Shown here piece by piece: positions 18,988 to 28,296 of a DNA stretch of 39,712 nt; the first letter of the stretch is position 1, and every line of letters starts with the position of its first letter. Below the pieces are notes generated by a model that saw only the letters and a list, made by a program, of their open reading frames with translations, was not told the DNA's origin and ran no database searches. This DNA is from Trueperaceae bacterium (GTDB lineage: Bacteria > Deinococcota > Deinococci > Deinococcales > Trueperaceae), in contig SLSQ01000342.1 in the NCBI GenBank assembly GCA_007130355.1, positions 1 through 39,712 of the forward strand, read 5' to 3'. The translations under genes and the position numbers were made by a program.

Positions 18988-19902
18988 GTGGCGCGCCGTG
19001 CTCCCTCGCCTCCGCCCCGGTTCCGCGCCTTCCTCGCGAACGTCGCGCGGGGCGTGGCCATCGGAGCCTCCGACCTGGTGCCGGGCGTCTCCGGCGGCAC
19101 CATGGCGCTCGTCCTCGGCATCTACCCGCGCCTGATCCTGGCGATCTCCGAACTCACCCGCTCCGGGCCGCGCCGCTCCCTGGCCGCCGGACGCGTCCGC
19201 GAGGCGTGGCTCGCGATCGACGGCGCCTTCCTCGCCTCCCTCGCCATCGGGGTGGCGGTCGCGGTGCTGTCGCTCGCCACGGCGCTCGACCTGCTCCTCG
19301 AACGGCACGCCGAGCTGCTCTACGCCGCGTTCTTCGGGATGATCGTGGTGTCGGCGTGGCTGGTCGCCCTCCAGGTGCCGCGCCGCGGGCGAGCGACCGC
19401 ATGGGCGCTGGTCGGCGCGACCGGGGCGTTCGTGGTCGTCGGCCTCGCCCCGACCTCGACGCCCGACCACCCGCTCGCCTACGTGCTCGCCGGCGCGATC
19501 GGGGTCTCGGCCCTGCTGCTTCCCGGCCTCTCCGGGGCGTTCCTGCTGCTCCTGCTCGGCAAGTACGAGCAGGTCCTGGCGGCGGCGTCGACCCTCGACC
19601 TCTCGGTCCTCTTTCCGTTCGCGGCGGGCCTCGCGGTCGGGGCGCTCGCCTTCGCCCGTGCGATCGGCACGGCCTTGCGGCGCTGGCCGTCCGCCGTGCT
19701 CGGAACGCTCGCGGGGATCCTGGTCGGTTCGTTGCGCCGGGTCTGGCCGTGGCAGGACGCCGATTCGCTCCGCGCCGTGGCACTGGCGCCTCCGTCCCTC
19801 GCGGACGCCGGCCTCGCCCTGGCGCTCGCCGTCGTCGCCGGTGCCGCGGTGGTGGCGCTGCACCGGGCGTCGCGCGGCGGCGACGGTTCATTCCGCTCAT
19901 GA
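18988..19902 (+). CDS. DUF368 family membrane protein (PopT-type polyprenyl-phosphate translocase family)
   Basis: Hallmark motif SDLVPGVSGGTMALVLGIY; polytopic membrane protein. The track starts at TTG 18979. I prefer GTG 18988 because of the -10 spacing. Confidence 0.85.
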   Translation: MARRAPSPPPRFRAFLANVARGVAIGASDLVPGVSGGTMALVLGIYPRLILAISELTRSGPRRSLAAGRVREAWLAIDGAFLASLAIGVAVAVLSLATALDLLLERHAELLYAAFFGMIVVSAWLVALQVPRRGRATAWALVGATGAFVVVGLAPTSTPDHPLAYVLAGAIGVSALLLPGLSGAFLLLLLGKYEQVLAAASTLDLSVLFPFAAGLAVGALAFARAIGTALRRWPSAVLGTLAGILVGSLRRVWPWQDADSLRAVALAPPSLADAGLALALAVVAGAAVVALHRASRGGDGSFRS

Positions 19903-20020
19903 GGACCTGACCGTCGTCTCAGCCGAAGTTCGTACGGTGGGAGGACCGTCGGGCGCCCGGCCGTTCCCGGTCGGCTCGCCGACGCATCCCACGCTCGTGC
20001 CCCCTGGAGGTCGAACCGTC

Positions 20021-21307
20021 ATGTCCCACCGTCGCCGCGAACCCCTCCGTACCGTCCGCCCCCGACCGTGTTCCGCGCGTCCGGCCCCGTTCCTCGTCAC
20101 GATGCTGGCCGCCCTGCTCCTCGGCCTCGGCGCCGCGGTCGCGCAGGCGCCCGACCCGAGTACCGCCCCCGAGGGCCCTTGGCTCGAGGACGAACGCAAC
20201 ACCGTCGAGGTCGTGGAACGCGCCGGTCCGGCGGTGGTGTCGGTGAACGTCAGCGTCGAAGGGCGGATCACGAACCCGTTCGAGGACGTGCCCGAGGACC
20301 AGCTTCCGCCGTTCTTCCGCGAGTTCATGCCCCGCTTCGACCGGCCGCAGGCGCCGCGGCAAGGCTCCGGCAGCGGGTTCGTGGTCGACGACGAGGGCCG
20401 CATCGTCACGAACCACCACGTCGTCGCCCGGGCCCTGGAGGAGCGCAGCACCGACCTCCGCGACGGCGCGGAGATCAGCGTCACCTTCGAGAGCGGCGCG
20501 ACCGCGCCGGTCCGGGTGCTCGGCACGAACGCCCTGTACGACCTCGCGCTGCTCGAGCTGGAACGTCCGGACGAGCTGCCGAGCGCGGTGGTGCCGCTCG
20601 AGATCGGCGCCTACGAACCGACGGTCGGTCAGAAGACGATCGCGATCGGGAACCCGTTCGGCTTCGCCTCGACGGTCACGACCGGCATCGTCTCCGGCAC
20701 CGGGCGCACCCTGCCCGGCGTGGGCGAGGTGAACGTGCCGCTGATCCAGACCGACGCCCCGATCAACCCCGGAAACTCCGGCGGTCCGCTGCTCGACTCG
20801 GCCAGCCGCGTGATCGGCGTGAACACCGCCATCGTGCCGTCGGTCGGCGCGGACGGCCAGCGCGGCTCGCTCGGCATCGGCTTCGCGGTGCCGGCCACCA
20901 CCCTCCACGCCGTGCTCGACGAACTGCGCGAGGGCGGGTACGTCAGCGTCGACACGCGTCCGCGGCTCGGGATCTCGATCCAGAACGTGGCCGCCTACCC
21001 CGCCGAACTGCGGGCACGATTCGGCCTGCCCGACGAGGGCGTCGCCGTCCTCCAGGTCCAGGAGGGCAGCGCCGCCGAGGAGGCCGGACTGCGCGGGAGC
21101 CGCATGGCGGTCCAGCTCGGCGACCGCACCTTGCCGCTGCCGGAGGACGTGATCGTGGCCGCGAACGGCGAGCCGGTCCGCGACTCCGACGCGCTGCAGG
21201 CGACCGTGTTCGCCCTCGGCGCCGGCGACACCGTCACCCTCTCCGTCCTCCGCGACGGCGAAGAGGTCGAGATCGACGTGGTCCTCCGCGTCGTGCCGCA
21301 GGAGTGA
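20021..21307 (+). CDS. HtrA/DegP-family serine protease with a C-terminal PDZ domain
   Basis: ATG 20021 with GGAGG 10 nt upstream. Signal/anchor FLVTMLAALLLGLGAAVAQA. Catalytic triad context TNHHV, YDLALLEL and GNSGGPL. PDZ-like segment GVAVLQVQEGSAAEEAGL. Confidence 0.92.
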   Translation: MSHRRREPLRTVRPRPCSARPAPFLVTMLAALLLGLGAAVAQAPDPSTAPEGPWLEDERNTVEVVERAGPAVVSVNVSVEGRITNPFEDVPEDQLPPFFREFMPRFDRPQAPRQGSGSGFVVDDEGRIVTNHHVVARALEERSTDLRDGAEISVTFESGATAPVRVLGTNALYDLALLELERPDELPSAVVPLEIGAYEPTVGQKTIAIGNPFGFASTVTTGIVSGTGRTLPGVGEVNVPLIQTDAPINPGNSGGPLLDSASRVIGVNTAIVPSVGADGQRGSLGIGFAVPATTLHAVLDELREGGYVSVDTRPRLGISIQNVAAYPAELRARFGLPDEGVAVLQVQEGSAAEEAGLRGSRMAVQLGDRTLPLPEDVIVAANGEPVRDSDALQATVFALGAGDTVTLSVLRDGEEVEIDVVLRVVPQE

Positions 21308-22176
21308 GCGAGAACGATGCGTCCGCCCCGCCGGTCGTGGCGTTGGTCCTCTCCGGCGGGGCGGCGCGAGGCTTCGCGCACGTCGGCGTGCTGCAGGCGC
21401 TCGAGGAGCGCGAGGTGCGGGTCGACGCGATCGCCGGTACCTCGATGGGCGCCATCCTCGGCGCCCTCTACGCGTCGGGGATGGACGCCGGCGAGATCTT
21501 CGACCTCGCCGACCGCGCCAGCTGGCGCGACGTCATCGACCTCAGTCTCGGCTCGGGCGTCCTGAAGGGCGACCGGCTCCACGAGTTCTTGGCCGAGCTG
21601 CTCCCCGACCGGTTCGAGGATCTCGACCGTCCACTCGCGGTCACCACCACCGACGTGGAGCACGGCGAGGAACGGATCCTGATGCGCGGGTCGCTGGTCG
21701 ACGCCGTGCGCGCCTCCGCCTCGTTCCCCGGAGCGTTCGAGCCGGTGACGTGGCACGGCCGCACGCTCGCCGACGGCGGCATCGTGAACAACCTGCCGGT
21801 GGCGGCCGCCGCCCTGCTCGGCGGCGAGTACGTCATCGCCTCCGACGCCACCCCGCCCCGGCGGGCGGCGTACGTCCGCCCCCACGAGGAGGGGCCGTGG
21901 TGGGACCGGATGGTGCGCACGGTGCGGCTCGAACGCCGCAACCCGATGGTCGAGATGCTGCTCCGCAGCTCCGACGTGATGCAGGCGATCCTGACCGACG
22001 TGCAGTACACGATGCATCCCGCCGACCTCCGGATCGTGCTCGATCGGCCCGAGTTCCGCCTCGAGTCGTTCCGGGAGTTCGAACGGATCGTGGCCGCCGG
22101 GCGCGACGCCGCCGAACGCGCGTTCGAGCGGCTCGAGCGGGAACGGCCCGACCGGTTGCCGCCGACCGCGCGGTAG
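21304..22176 (+). CDS. Patatin-like phospholipase
   Basis: GTG 21304 overlaps the htrA TGA (GTGA). Oxyanion motif SGGAARG, nucleophile GTSMG and catalytic Asp in ADGGIVNNLP. Confidence 0.9.
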   Translation: MSENDASAPPVVALVLSGGAARGFAHVGVLQALEEREVRVDAIAGTSMGAILGALYASGMDAGEIFDLADRASWRDVIDLSLGSGVLKGDRLHEFLAELLPDRFEDLDRPLAVTTTDVEHGEERILMRGSLVDAVRASASFPGAFEPVTWHGRTLADGGIVNNLPVAAAALLGGEYVIASDATPPRRAAYVRPHEEGPWWDRMVRTVRLERRNPMVEMLLRSSDVMQAILTDVQYTMHPADLRIVLDRPEFRLESFREFERIVAAGRDAAERAFERLERERPDRLPPTAR

Positions 22177-22179
22177 ACT
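22172..22179 (+). promoter_or_regulatory. -10 box for leaderless lepB, overlapping the patatin gene's stop codon
   Basis: GG-TAGACT, then 7 nt (CCCGTTC), then ATG 22187. The TAG at 22174-22176 is the patatin stop. The architecture is the same as at secA. Confidence 0.5.
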
Positions 22180-22186
22180 CCCGTTC

Positions 22187-23149
22187 ATGCCTCGAAACGA
22201 CCGCGCGGCTCAGGCCCGCGATTCCGCAGAGGCCGGACCGAAGGGGTCCGGCCGACCCGTGCAGAGCCGCTTCTGGCGCGAGGTGCGAGGGTACGCCGAA
22301 GCCCTCGTCATCGCGTTCCTGGTGGTCACCTTCGTCTTCAACACCGTCGGCGTGGTCGGCAGCTCGATGCGTCCCACCCTCGACGGTGGCGTCGGCGGGC
22401 AGAGCGTCCTCCGCTCCCTGCTGACCGGCGACCGCGTCTTCATCCCCAAGTACGACACCTGGCTGCGCCGGGCCGGGCTGCTCGGACCGTACGCCCGCGG
22501 CGAGGTGGTCGTGGTGCGCGAGCCGGCCAACGCCCCCACCGCTCAGGAACGCGACCGGCGCCCGTTCTTCATCAAGCGGGTGATCGCCCGGTCCGGCGAC
22601 TCCCTCCGCATCGAGGGCGGCGAGGTGATCGTCAACGGCCACACGATCGACCAGACCTGGCTGACCGAGTCGGGCGAGATCACCCCCGACCGGATCGACT
22701 TCCCGCTGATCTCGCTGCAGGACGGCGAGCTGGCCGGACTGCACGTACGGTTCGCCACCACCCTCGGCGGCACCGCCGTGCCGCAGCTGCCGACCACCGG
22801 CTCGACGCCCCCCGCCGTCGCCCCCGAGGACCCCCGCGCGCAGCTCTACTACGGCACCGTCCTGGACGCGCTCGCGCCGTTGCCGGCCGATCGCCCGGAC
22901 GGCGAAGCGTTCGTGCACGACCTGATCGTGCCCGATGGTACCTACTGGGTCATGGGGGACAACCGGCAGGCCTCCGCCGGCGGCAGCGAGGACTCCCGCT
23001 ACTTCGGGCCGATCGAGGGAATGACGATCGCCGGCCGTGCGACCGCCGTGATCTGGCCGCCCCGCCGCGACGGGGCGTGGAACTGGCGCGGCATGGGCAC
23101 GCCCGACGCCTTCGGCGCCGTGCCGGAGCCGGCCGCCGCCGCGCCCTGA
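22187..23149 (+). CDS. lepB: Signal peptidase I
   Basis: S26 motifs GSSMRPTL, KRVIA and GDNRQAS...SEDSRYFGP, with an N-terminal TM helix. Confidence 0.93.
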   Translation: MPRNDRAAQARDSAEAGPKGSGRPVQSRFWREVRGYAEALVIAFLVVTFVFNTVGVVGSSMRPTLDGGVGGQSVLRSLLTGDRVFIPKYDTWLRRAGLLGPYARGEVVVVREPANAPTAQERDRRPFFIKRVIARSGDSLRIEGGEVIVNGHTIDQTWLTESGEITPDRIDFPLISLQDGELAGLHVRFATTLGGTAVPQLPTTGSTPPAVAPEDPRAQLYYGTVLDALAPLPADRPDGEAFVHDLIVPDGTYWVMGDNRQASAGGSEDSRYFGPIEGMTIAGRATAVIWPPRRDGAWNWRGMGTPDAFGAVPEPAAAAP

Positions 23150-23158
23150 AGCGGCGGC

Positions 23159-23758
23159 TCAGCCGCTCGGCGCCTCGCTCCCGTCCAGGCCGAGCGGCCC
23201 GGCGCGCTCCTGCATCGCCGCCAGCACGAACCCCACGTGCTCCCACAGGTCGACGCCCAACTCCTCCGCGCCGCGCCGTACGTCGTCGCGGGCGACGCCG
23301 CGGGCGAACGCCTTGTCCTTGAACTTCTTCTTGAGGCTCTTGACCGTCTGCTGGGCGATGTTCCGGTCCGGCCGCACCAGCACGGCGGCGGTGATCAGGC
23401 CGGTGATCTCGTCGCAGGCGTAGAGGACCTTGGCGAGCCGGGTCGCGCGCGGCACGCCCGCGAAGTCGGCGTGGCCGAGGATCGCCTCGCAGAGCGGCTC
23501 CGGCCACCCTTCGTCCCGCAGGTGCCGCACGCCGACGAACGGGTGGCCGTCCTCTCCGACGTCCGGGTGCCTCTCGTAGTCGAAGTCGTGCAGGACGGCG
23601 GTCGCCGCCCACAGGTCCTCGTCGGCGTCCGGTTCCTGCCGGGCGTAGGCGACCACCGCCGCTTCGACCGCGAGCATGTGCCGCCGGAGCGCCTCCGACT
23701 CGGTCCACTCGGTCATCTTGGCGTACGCGCGATCGCGCATCGAACGGGTCTCGGGCAT
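23159..23758 (-). CDS. HD-domain phosphohydrolase
   Basis: ATG 23758 within ORF 23159..24058. HD signature region AVLHDFDYERHP, then GHADF and YACDE. 199 aa. Confidence 0.8.
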   Translation of the reverse strand: MPETRSMRDRAYAKMTEWTESEALRRHMLAVEAAVVAYARQEPDADEDLWAATAVLHDFDYERHPDVGEDGHPFVGVRHLRDEGWPEPLCEAILGHADFAGVPRATRLAKVLYACDEITGLITAAVLVRPDRNIAQQTVKSLKKKFKDKAFARGVARDDVRRGAEELGVDLWEHVGFVLAAMQERAGPLGLDGSEAPSG

Positions 23759-23763
23759 GCGGG

Positions 23764-23772
23764 ACGCTACCA
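23764..23772 (-). promoter_or_regulatory. Extended -10 box for the leaderless HD-domain gene
   Basis: Minus strand reads TGG-TAGCGT, then 5 nt (CCCGC), then ATG 23758. Confidence 0.5.
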
Positions 23773-23791
23773 CGGGCCGGTTCGGCCGCCC

Positions 23792-23799
23792 GGTACGCT
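23792..23799 (+). promoter_or_regulatory. -10 box for leaderless pgl
   Basis: GG-TACGCT, then 6 nt (GCCGCC), then ATG 23806. Confidence 0.5.
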
Positions 23800-23805
23800 G
23801 CCGCC

Positions 23806-24504
23806 ATGGACCGAGCCGACCTCCGCACCGGACCCGACCCGGCCGCCCGCCTCGCGGCCGACGCCGCCGAGCTCCTGCAGGACGTCGCCGCCGAACGGGG
23901 GCGCATCGTGCTGTGCCTGTCGGGCGGTTCGACGCCGCTCCCCGCCTACCGGGCGCTCGCCGAGCGCCGCGATCTGCCGTGGGGGCGCGTCTGGATCGCG
24001 TGGGGGGACGAACGCGACGTTCCGCCCGACCACCCCGACCGCAACGAACGGGCCGCACGCGAAGCGCTTCTCGACCACGTGCCCGTGCCCGAGGATCAGA
24101 TCGTGCCGTGGCCGCACGTGCCCGACGCCGATCCGGAGCGGGTCGCCGAGGCGTACGCGCTCGCCCTGCGGCGGGCGTTCGGGGATCCGGCGCGCGGACC
24201 GCTGTTCGACCTGACGCTGCTCGGGTTGGGCGACGACGCGCACACGGCGAGCCTCTTCCCCGGAACCGGCGCGGCGACGGCGCCCGGTCTCGCCGTGGCG
24301 GTCGGGCGACCGGAGGGACCCGGCCGGCTCTCCCTCACCCCTGCCGGGCTGAACGCCTCCGATCGCGTCTGGTTCCTGATCGAGGGGGAGGGCAAGCGCG
24401 CGGCGCTCGAGGCGACCGTGGCCGGCGGGCCGCCCGACCGCGTCCCGGCCGCCGCCGTGGCGGGGCGGCGCGAGACGCGCGTCTATACCGACCTGGAGCT
24501 CTGA
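23806..24504 (+). CDS. pgl: 6-phosphogluconolactonase
   Basis: Motifs LSGGSTP, WGDER and LLGLGDDAHTASLFPG. 232 aa. Confidence 0.92.
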   Translation: MDRADLRTGPDPAARLAADAAELLQDVAAERGRIVLCLSGGSTPLPAYRALAERRDLPWGRVWIAWGDERDVPPDHPDRNERAAREALLDHVPVPEDQIVPWPHVPDADPERVAEAYALALRRAFGDPARGPLFDLTLLGLGDDAHTASLFPGTGAATAPGLAVAVGRPEGPGRLSLTPAGLNASDRVWFLIEGEGKRAALEATVAGGPPDRVPAAAVAGRRETRVYTDLEL

Positions 24505-24508
24505 CCGA

Positions 24509-24535
24509 GGGGACGCCCGTCGTTCAGGCGTCCTC
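24509..24535. terminator. Hairpin at the convergent pgl / glgP junction
   Basis: gggacgcc (24510-24517) pairs with ggcgtcct (24527-24534), including one G-U pair. The glgP stop codon lies in the loop. No T-tract. Confidence 0.3.
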
Positions 24536-27103
24536 CGCCGCTTCCGCCCAGACGACGGCGGCGCCGTCGGCCAAGGTCAGCTCGGCCGCCGCGGGCGGCA
24601 CCGTCACGGCGCGTACGGCGAACGCCCGCGCTCCGGGCGTCGCGACGCGGAACCGTCCGGCGTAGGCGACCCCGCCGTCCGGGACCGGCTCGCCGGTCGG
24701 TTCGAGCGGCACGACCACCCGGTCGCGGTCGAGCGCTCCCTCCTCCGGTCCGTGCACCACCTCGACCCGCCAGTCGAGGTCGGAGGCGGCGCCGGGGCGC
24801 AGGACGCAGCGGACCTCGATCTCCTGGTCGGTACGGAGGTGGGCGCCGGACGGGGGCGTCGTCGCCACGAGGCGCGCCTTCGAGGCGCAGCGCGCGACCT
24901 CCTCGCGCCAGGCGACCACCGTGCGGGCGAGGGCGTGCGCGTCGGCGGCGAACCGTTCGGCCCGTTCGGCGGCCGGCAGGTAGGCGCCCTCGACGTAGTC
25001 GCGCACCATCCGCTGGGCGTTGAAGCGGGGGGTCACGCTGGCGATCGCGGCCGCCGACCGACGCATCCACTCGCGGGGCACGTCGTGCGCGTCGCGGTCG
25101 TAGTAGAGCGGCACGACCTCGTGCTCGAGCAAGGCGTAGAGCGCTTCGGCGTCGGCCGCGTCGGTCCGGTCCGGATCGTGGAACGGATCGCCGTTCCGGA
25201 TCGCCCAGCCGTTCACCCCGTCGTACCCCTCCGGCCACCAGCCGTCCAGGATCGACAGGTTCAGAACCCCGTTCATCGCCGCCTTCTGGCCGGAGGTGCC
25301 GGACGCCTCGAGCGGTCGGCGCGGGTTGTTGAGCCAGACGTCGACGCCGCGCGTCAGGGCGCGACCGACCGCCATGTCGTAATCCTCGGCGAACAGGATC
25401 CGTCCCTCGAAGCGCGGGTCGCGCGCGAAGGCGTCGATGGTGCGGATCAGCTCCTGACCCCGCTCGTCGGCAGGGTGGGCCTTGCCGGCGAAGACGAGCT
25501 GCACCGGCCGCTCCTCGGAGGCGAGGATCCGTTCGAGCCGGTCCAGATCGCGGAAGATCAGCGTGGCCCGCTTGTAGGTGGCGAAGCGGCGCGCGAAGCC
25601 GATCGTGAGCCGATCGGCGTCGAAGAGCGTGTCGCTGCCCGCCTGCCGGGCGGGGCTCGCCTCCTGCCGGGCGCGTTGCGCCCGGACGCGCCGGCGCAGG
25701 GTGCGGAGCGAGCGGGCCTTGAGCTCGCGCCGTACCTCCCACAGCCGCGCCGGGTCGAGCTCGCGGACCGGTTCGAACGCGGCGGCGTCGGTCAGGTCGT
25801 GGCGCCAGTCGTCGGGCAGGTGCGCGTCGAGCAGCGCCCCGATCTCCTCCGCCTGCCAGGTGGCGGCGTGCACGCCGTTCGTGACGTGTCCGATCGGGAC
25901 CTCCTCGACGCCGAGGTCCGGCCACAGGTCGCGCCAGATCCGGCGGCTGGTCTCGCCGTGCAGCTCGGCGACGCCGTTGCGGCGCGAGGCGTTGCGGAGC
26001 GCCAGCGCCGGCATGCTGAACACCGGACCCCAGCCGTGGTCGGCGACGCCCAGGCCGTGGAACCGGTTCCGGTCCAGGCCCAGCCGCTCCGGCCAGCCGG
26101 GGAACGCCTGATCGATCAGGTCGAACGGGAAGGCGTCGTTGCCGGCGGTGACCGGCGTGTGCACCGTGAACACGGTTCCCGCCGCGACCGTCTCGCGCGC
26201 CACGTCGAACGGAACGCCCTCCGCGACGAGCTCACGGCACCGCTCCAGCACCGAGAAGGCGCTATGGCCCTCGTTCAGGTGCCAGGCGTCCGGGTGCACG
26301 TCGAGCGCACGGAGCATGCGGACCCCGCCGATGCCGAGCACCATCTCCTGCGCCACCCGCGTCCGTTGGTCGCCGCCGTAGAGCCGGCGGGTCCAGGCGC
26401 GGACCTCCTCCTCGTTGCCGTCGTGGTCGAGGTCGAGGAGCACGGCACGGACCCGGCCCACGTCGGCGGTGTAGGCGCGCACCCGGACGGTGCGGCCGAA
26501 CGCCTCGACCGGGACCTCGAGCGGCGTGCCGTCCGCCGTGGTCGCGACCGTCAGCGGCAGGTCGTTCGGATCGGACCGGCGGTAGACCGCCTCCTGACTG
26601 CCGTCCTCGGCGATGCGCTGATGGAAGTAGCCCTCCGGGTACCAGAGCCCGACCGCGATCAGCGGCACGCCCAGGTCGGAGGCGGCCTTGGTGTGGTCGC
26701 CGGCGAGGATCCCGAGACCGCCGGAGTACTGCGGCAACGACTCGTGCCAACCGTACTCGGCGCAGAAGTAGGCGATCACCGCGTCGCGGCCGACGGCGCG
26801 GTCGTACCAACGCTCGGGCGCGAGCTCGTCGCGCAGCGCCCGTTCCGCACGTTCGGCCGCGGCGACGAAGGCGTCGTCGGCCGCGGCCTCGGCCAGGCGC
26901 TCGGGCGCGGCGCTGCGCAGCGTCCGGACCGGATTGTGTCCGGACCGCTCCCAGGCGTCCGGATCGAGGCGCCGGAACAGGCTGCGCGCCTCCTGGGACC
27001 ACGTCCAGGCGAGGTTCCTGGAGAGGCGTTCGAGGGGGGCGAGCTCGTTCGGCAGGGTCGGTTCGACGGTCCAACGACCTAGGATGCGCACGGTGTACTC
27101 CAA
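24524..27103 (-). CDS. glgP: Alpha-glucan (glycogen/maltodextrin) phosphorylase, GT35
   Basis: 859 aa. PLP-lysine region EASGTSGQKAAMNG and N-terminal DUF3417-like region. The start is either TTG 27103 or GTG 27091; the latter is preceded by GGAG at a 6-nt spacing. Confidence 0.93.
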   Translation of the reverse strand: MEYTVRILGRWTVEPTLPNELAPLERLSRNLAWTWSQEARSLFRRLDPDAWERSGHNPVRTLRSAAPERLAEAAADDAFVAAAERAERALRDELAPERWYDRAVGRDAVIAYFCAEYGWHESLPQYSGGLGILAGDHTKAASDLGVPLIAVGLWYPEGYFHQRIAEDGSQEAVYRRSDPNDLPLTVATTADGTPLEVPVEAFGRTVRVRAYTADVGRVRAVLLDLDHDGNEEEVRAWTRRLYGGDQRTRVAQEMVLGIGGVRMLRALDVHPDAWHLNEGHSAFSVLERCRELVAEGVPFDVARETVAAGTVFTVHTPVTAGNDAFPFDLIDQAFPGWPERLGLDRNRFHGLGVADHGWGPVFSMPALALRNASRRNGVAELHGETSRRIWRDLWPDLGVEEVPIGHVTNGVHAATWQAEEIGALLDAHLPDDWRHDLTDAAAFEPVRELDPARLWEVRRELKARSLRTLRRRVRAQRARQEASPARQAGSDTLFDADRLTIGFARRFATYKRATLIFRDLDRLERILASEERPVQLVFAGKAHPADERGQELIRTIDAFARDPRFEGRILFAEDYDMAVGRALTRGVDVWLNNPRRPLEASGTSGQKAAMNGVLNLSILDGWWPEGYDGVNGWAIRNGDPFHDPDRTDAADAEALYALLEHEVVPLYYDRDAHDVPREWMRRSAAAIASVTPRFNAQRMVRDYVEGAYLPAAERAERFAADAHALARTVVAWREEVARCASKARLVATTPPSGAHLRTDQEIEVRCVLRPGAASDLDWRVEVVHGPEEGALDRDRVVVPLEPTGEPVPDGGVAYAGRFRVATPGARAFAVRAVTVPPAAAELTLADGAAVVWAEAAEDA

Positions 27104-27149
27104 GCTGCGGGGGAACCTGGTCGCGACGGTGGCGCGACCCGCGGGGCGG

Positions 27150-27158
27150 ATCGTACCA
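27150..27158 (-). promoter_or_regulatory. Extended -10 box upstream of glgP (leadered)
   Basis: Minus strand reads TGG-TACGAT, about 45-55 nt upstream of the candidate start codons. Confidence 0.4.
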
Positions 27159-27200
27159 CCAAGCTCCGTACCGCCCGGAAGCGCGGACGGCGGCGGCTCG

Positions 27201-27209
27201 TGTCACCCT
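27201..27209 (+). promoter_or_regulatory. Weak -10-like box for a possible leaderless transcript of the 27216 gene
   Basis: TGT-CACCCT, then 6 nt, then ATG 27216. The hexamer is a poor match, with only the A2 and T6 positions conserved. Confidence 0.25.
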
Positions 27210-27215
27210 TGCGGC

Positions 27216-28256
27216 ATGTTCCTTCGCGCCCCCGTCTCCGCCGTGCTGGACGCCCGTGCGGCCAGCCCGGGCCGCCGTGCCCCGCTCCGCCTCCTCCTGG
27301 CGCTCGCCTTGCTGATCGCCGCCCCGGGGGCGGCCGCGCAGACGGCGACCCTACGCGTCGCGACGGTGGCGGGCGCCGACCGGTTCGTGCCCGAGGCGCG
27401 CCTGGAGCTGCGGGACCTACCGGCCGGCGCCCGCGACCGGGTCCGCGTCGCTCTGGTGGCGTCGGCGGCGCCCGGCGTCGACCTCGAGGCGCAGGCCCGC
27501 CGGGCGTTCGGCCCGCTCGGCACGGTCGTCGTCGAGACCGGCGTCGGCGTCCGCTTCGCGGAGGCGCCGGCGGTCCGCGGGCACGCCGTCCTTCGCGGCC
27601 AGCTGGGTCCGGTCGCGGCCCGTCTGGAGGCCCGGGCCCGAAGTGCCGCCGAGCGTCGCTTCGATCCGCTCGACGCCTCCGGTTCCGACCCGTTCGGCTC
27701 CGGGGCGTCGCTGCGTCTGGCCGGCGAAGGGCGGCTGACCGGAACCTGGCTGGCGGGCGCCGACCTGGCGGTCCGCACCGACCTGAAGGGGAGCTGGCTG
27801 CTCGACGCCGACGCGACCGTGCGCGCGCGGCGTGCGTTCGGCGCCGAGTGGGACGCGCTCGGCGCCGTCGAGTCGAGGATCGCCGCGAACGGGGGCGGCG
27901 CGATCGGTTTCGGGACGGGCGTCGCGCACGTGCCGCGGCGCGCCCCCGAGGTCCGGTTCGTGGCGTACCTGGACGCCCGTGCCGACGACGCCGGCACCGT
28001 CTGGCTGCCGGGCCTCGTGACGCGCGGCACCTGGGTCGGACCGATGGGGGACCGGTTCGGCTGGGACGTGCACCTCAGGCCGGCCGGGCGGCGGGTCGCA
28101 CCGCTCGCGGTCCAGGCCTCGTGGCGTCCCTCCGGCGCCGGCGACGCGCCGACGGCGACCGTCGGCGTCCGCGGCGGCGGTCCCGAGGGCACCGCCTGGT
28201 CGGTGGCGCTGGCCTGGACGCGGGGGCTGGAAGGCGACGTCTGGAGGGTTCCGTGA
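27216..28256 (+). CDS. Secreted hypothetical protein, possibly an outer-membrane beta-barrel
   Basis: ATG 27216 within ORF 26934..28256. Signal peptide RRAPLRLLLALALLIAAPGAAAQ. Alternating-polarity stretches such as LRLAGEGRLTGTWLAGADLAVRTDLKGSWLLDADATVRA. G/C-rich third positions. I recognise no family. Confidence 0.6.
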   Translation: MFLRAPVSAVLDARAASPGRRAPLRLLLALALLIAAPGAAAQTATLRVATVAGADRFVPEARLELRDLPAGARDRVRVALVASAAPGVDLEAQARRAFGPLGTVVVETGVGVRFAEAPAVRGHAVLRGQLGPVAARLEARARSAAERRFDPLDASGSDPFGSGASLRLAGEGRLTGTWLAGADLAVRTDLKGSWLLDADATVRARRAFGAEWDALGAVESRIAANGGGAIGFGTGVAHVPRRAPEVRFVAYLDARADDAGTVWLPGLVTRGTWVGPMGDRFGWDVHLRPAGRRVAPLAVQASWRPSGAGDAPTATVGVRGGGPEGTAWSVALAWTRGLEGDVWRVP

Positions 28257-28273
28257 ACCGCTCGAGACGGGGG

Positions 28274-28292
28274 CCGCGGGCACGGACCGCGG
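28274..28292. terminator. Short hairpin between convergent genes
   Basis: ccgcgg (28274-28279) pairs with ccgcgg (28287-28292), with a 7-nt loop. The stem is only 6 bp. Confidence 0.25.
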
Positions 28293-28296
28293 GGCG

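Noticed and set aside
19903-20020. The 118-bp spacer upstream of htrA as a riboswitch or small RNA
   Set aside because: It contains only short (5-bp) stems, a possible TACGGT -10 box at 19933-19938 and a normal GGAGG SD. I can recognise no conserved riboswitch core by eye.
21304-22176. The patatin-like phospholipase as a CBASS or other defence-system effector
   Set aside because: No CD-NTase, cyclase, SMODS/SAVED, TIR or sensor gene is adjacent. The gene is coupled to htrA and followed by lepB, which fits an envelope housekeeping context.
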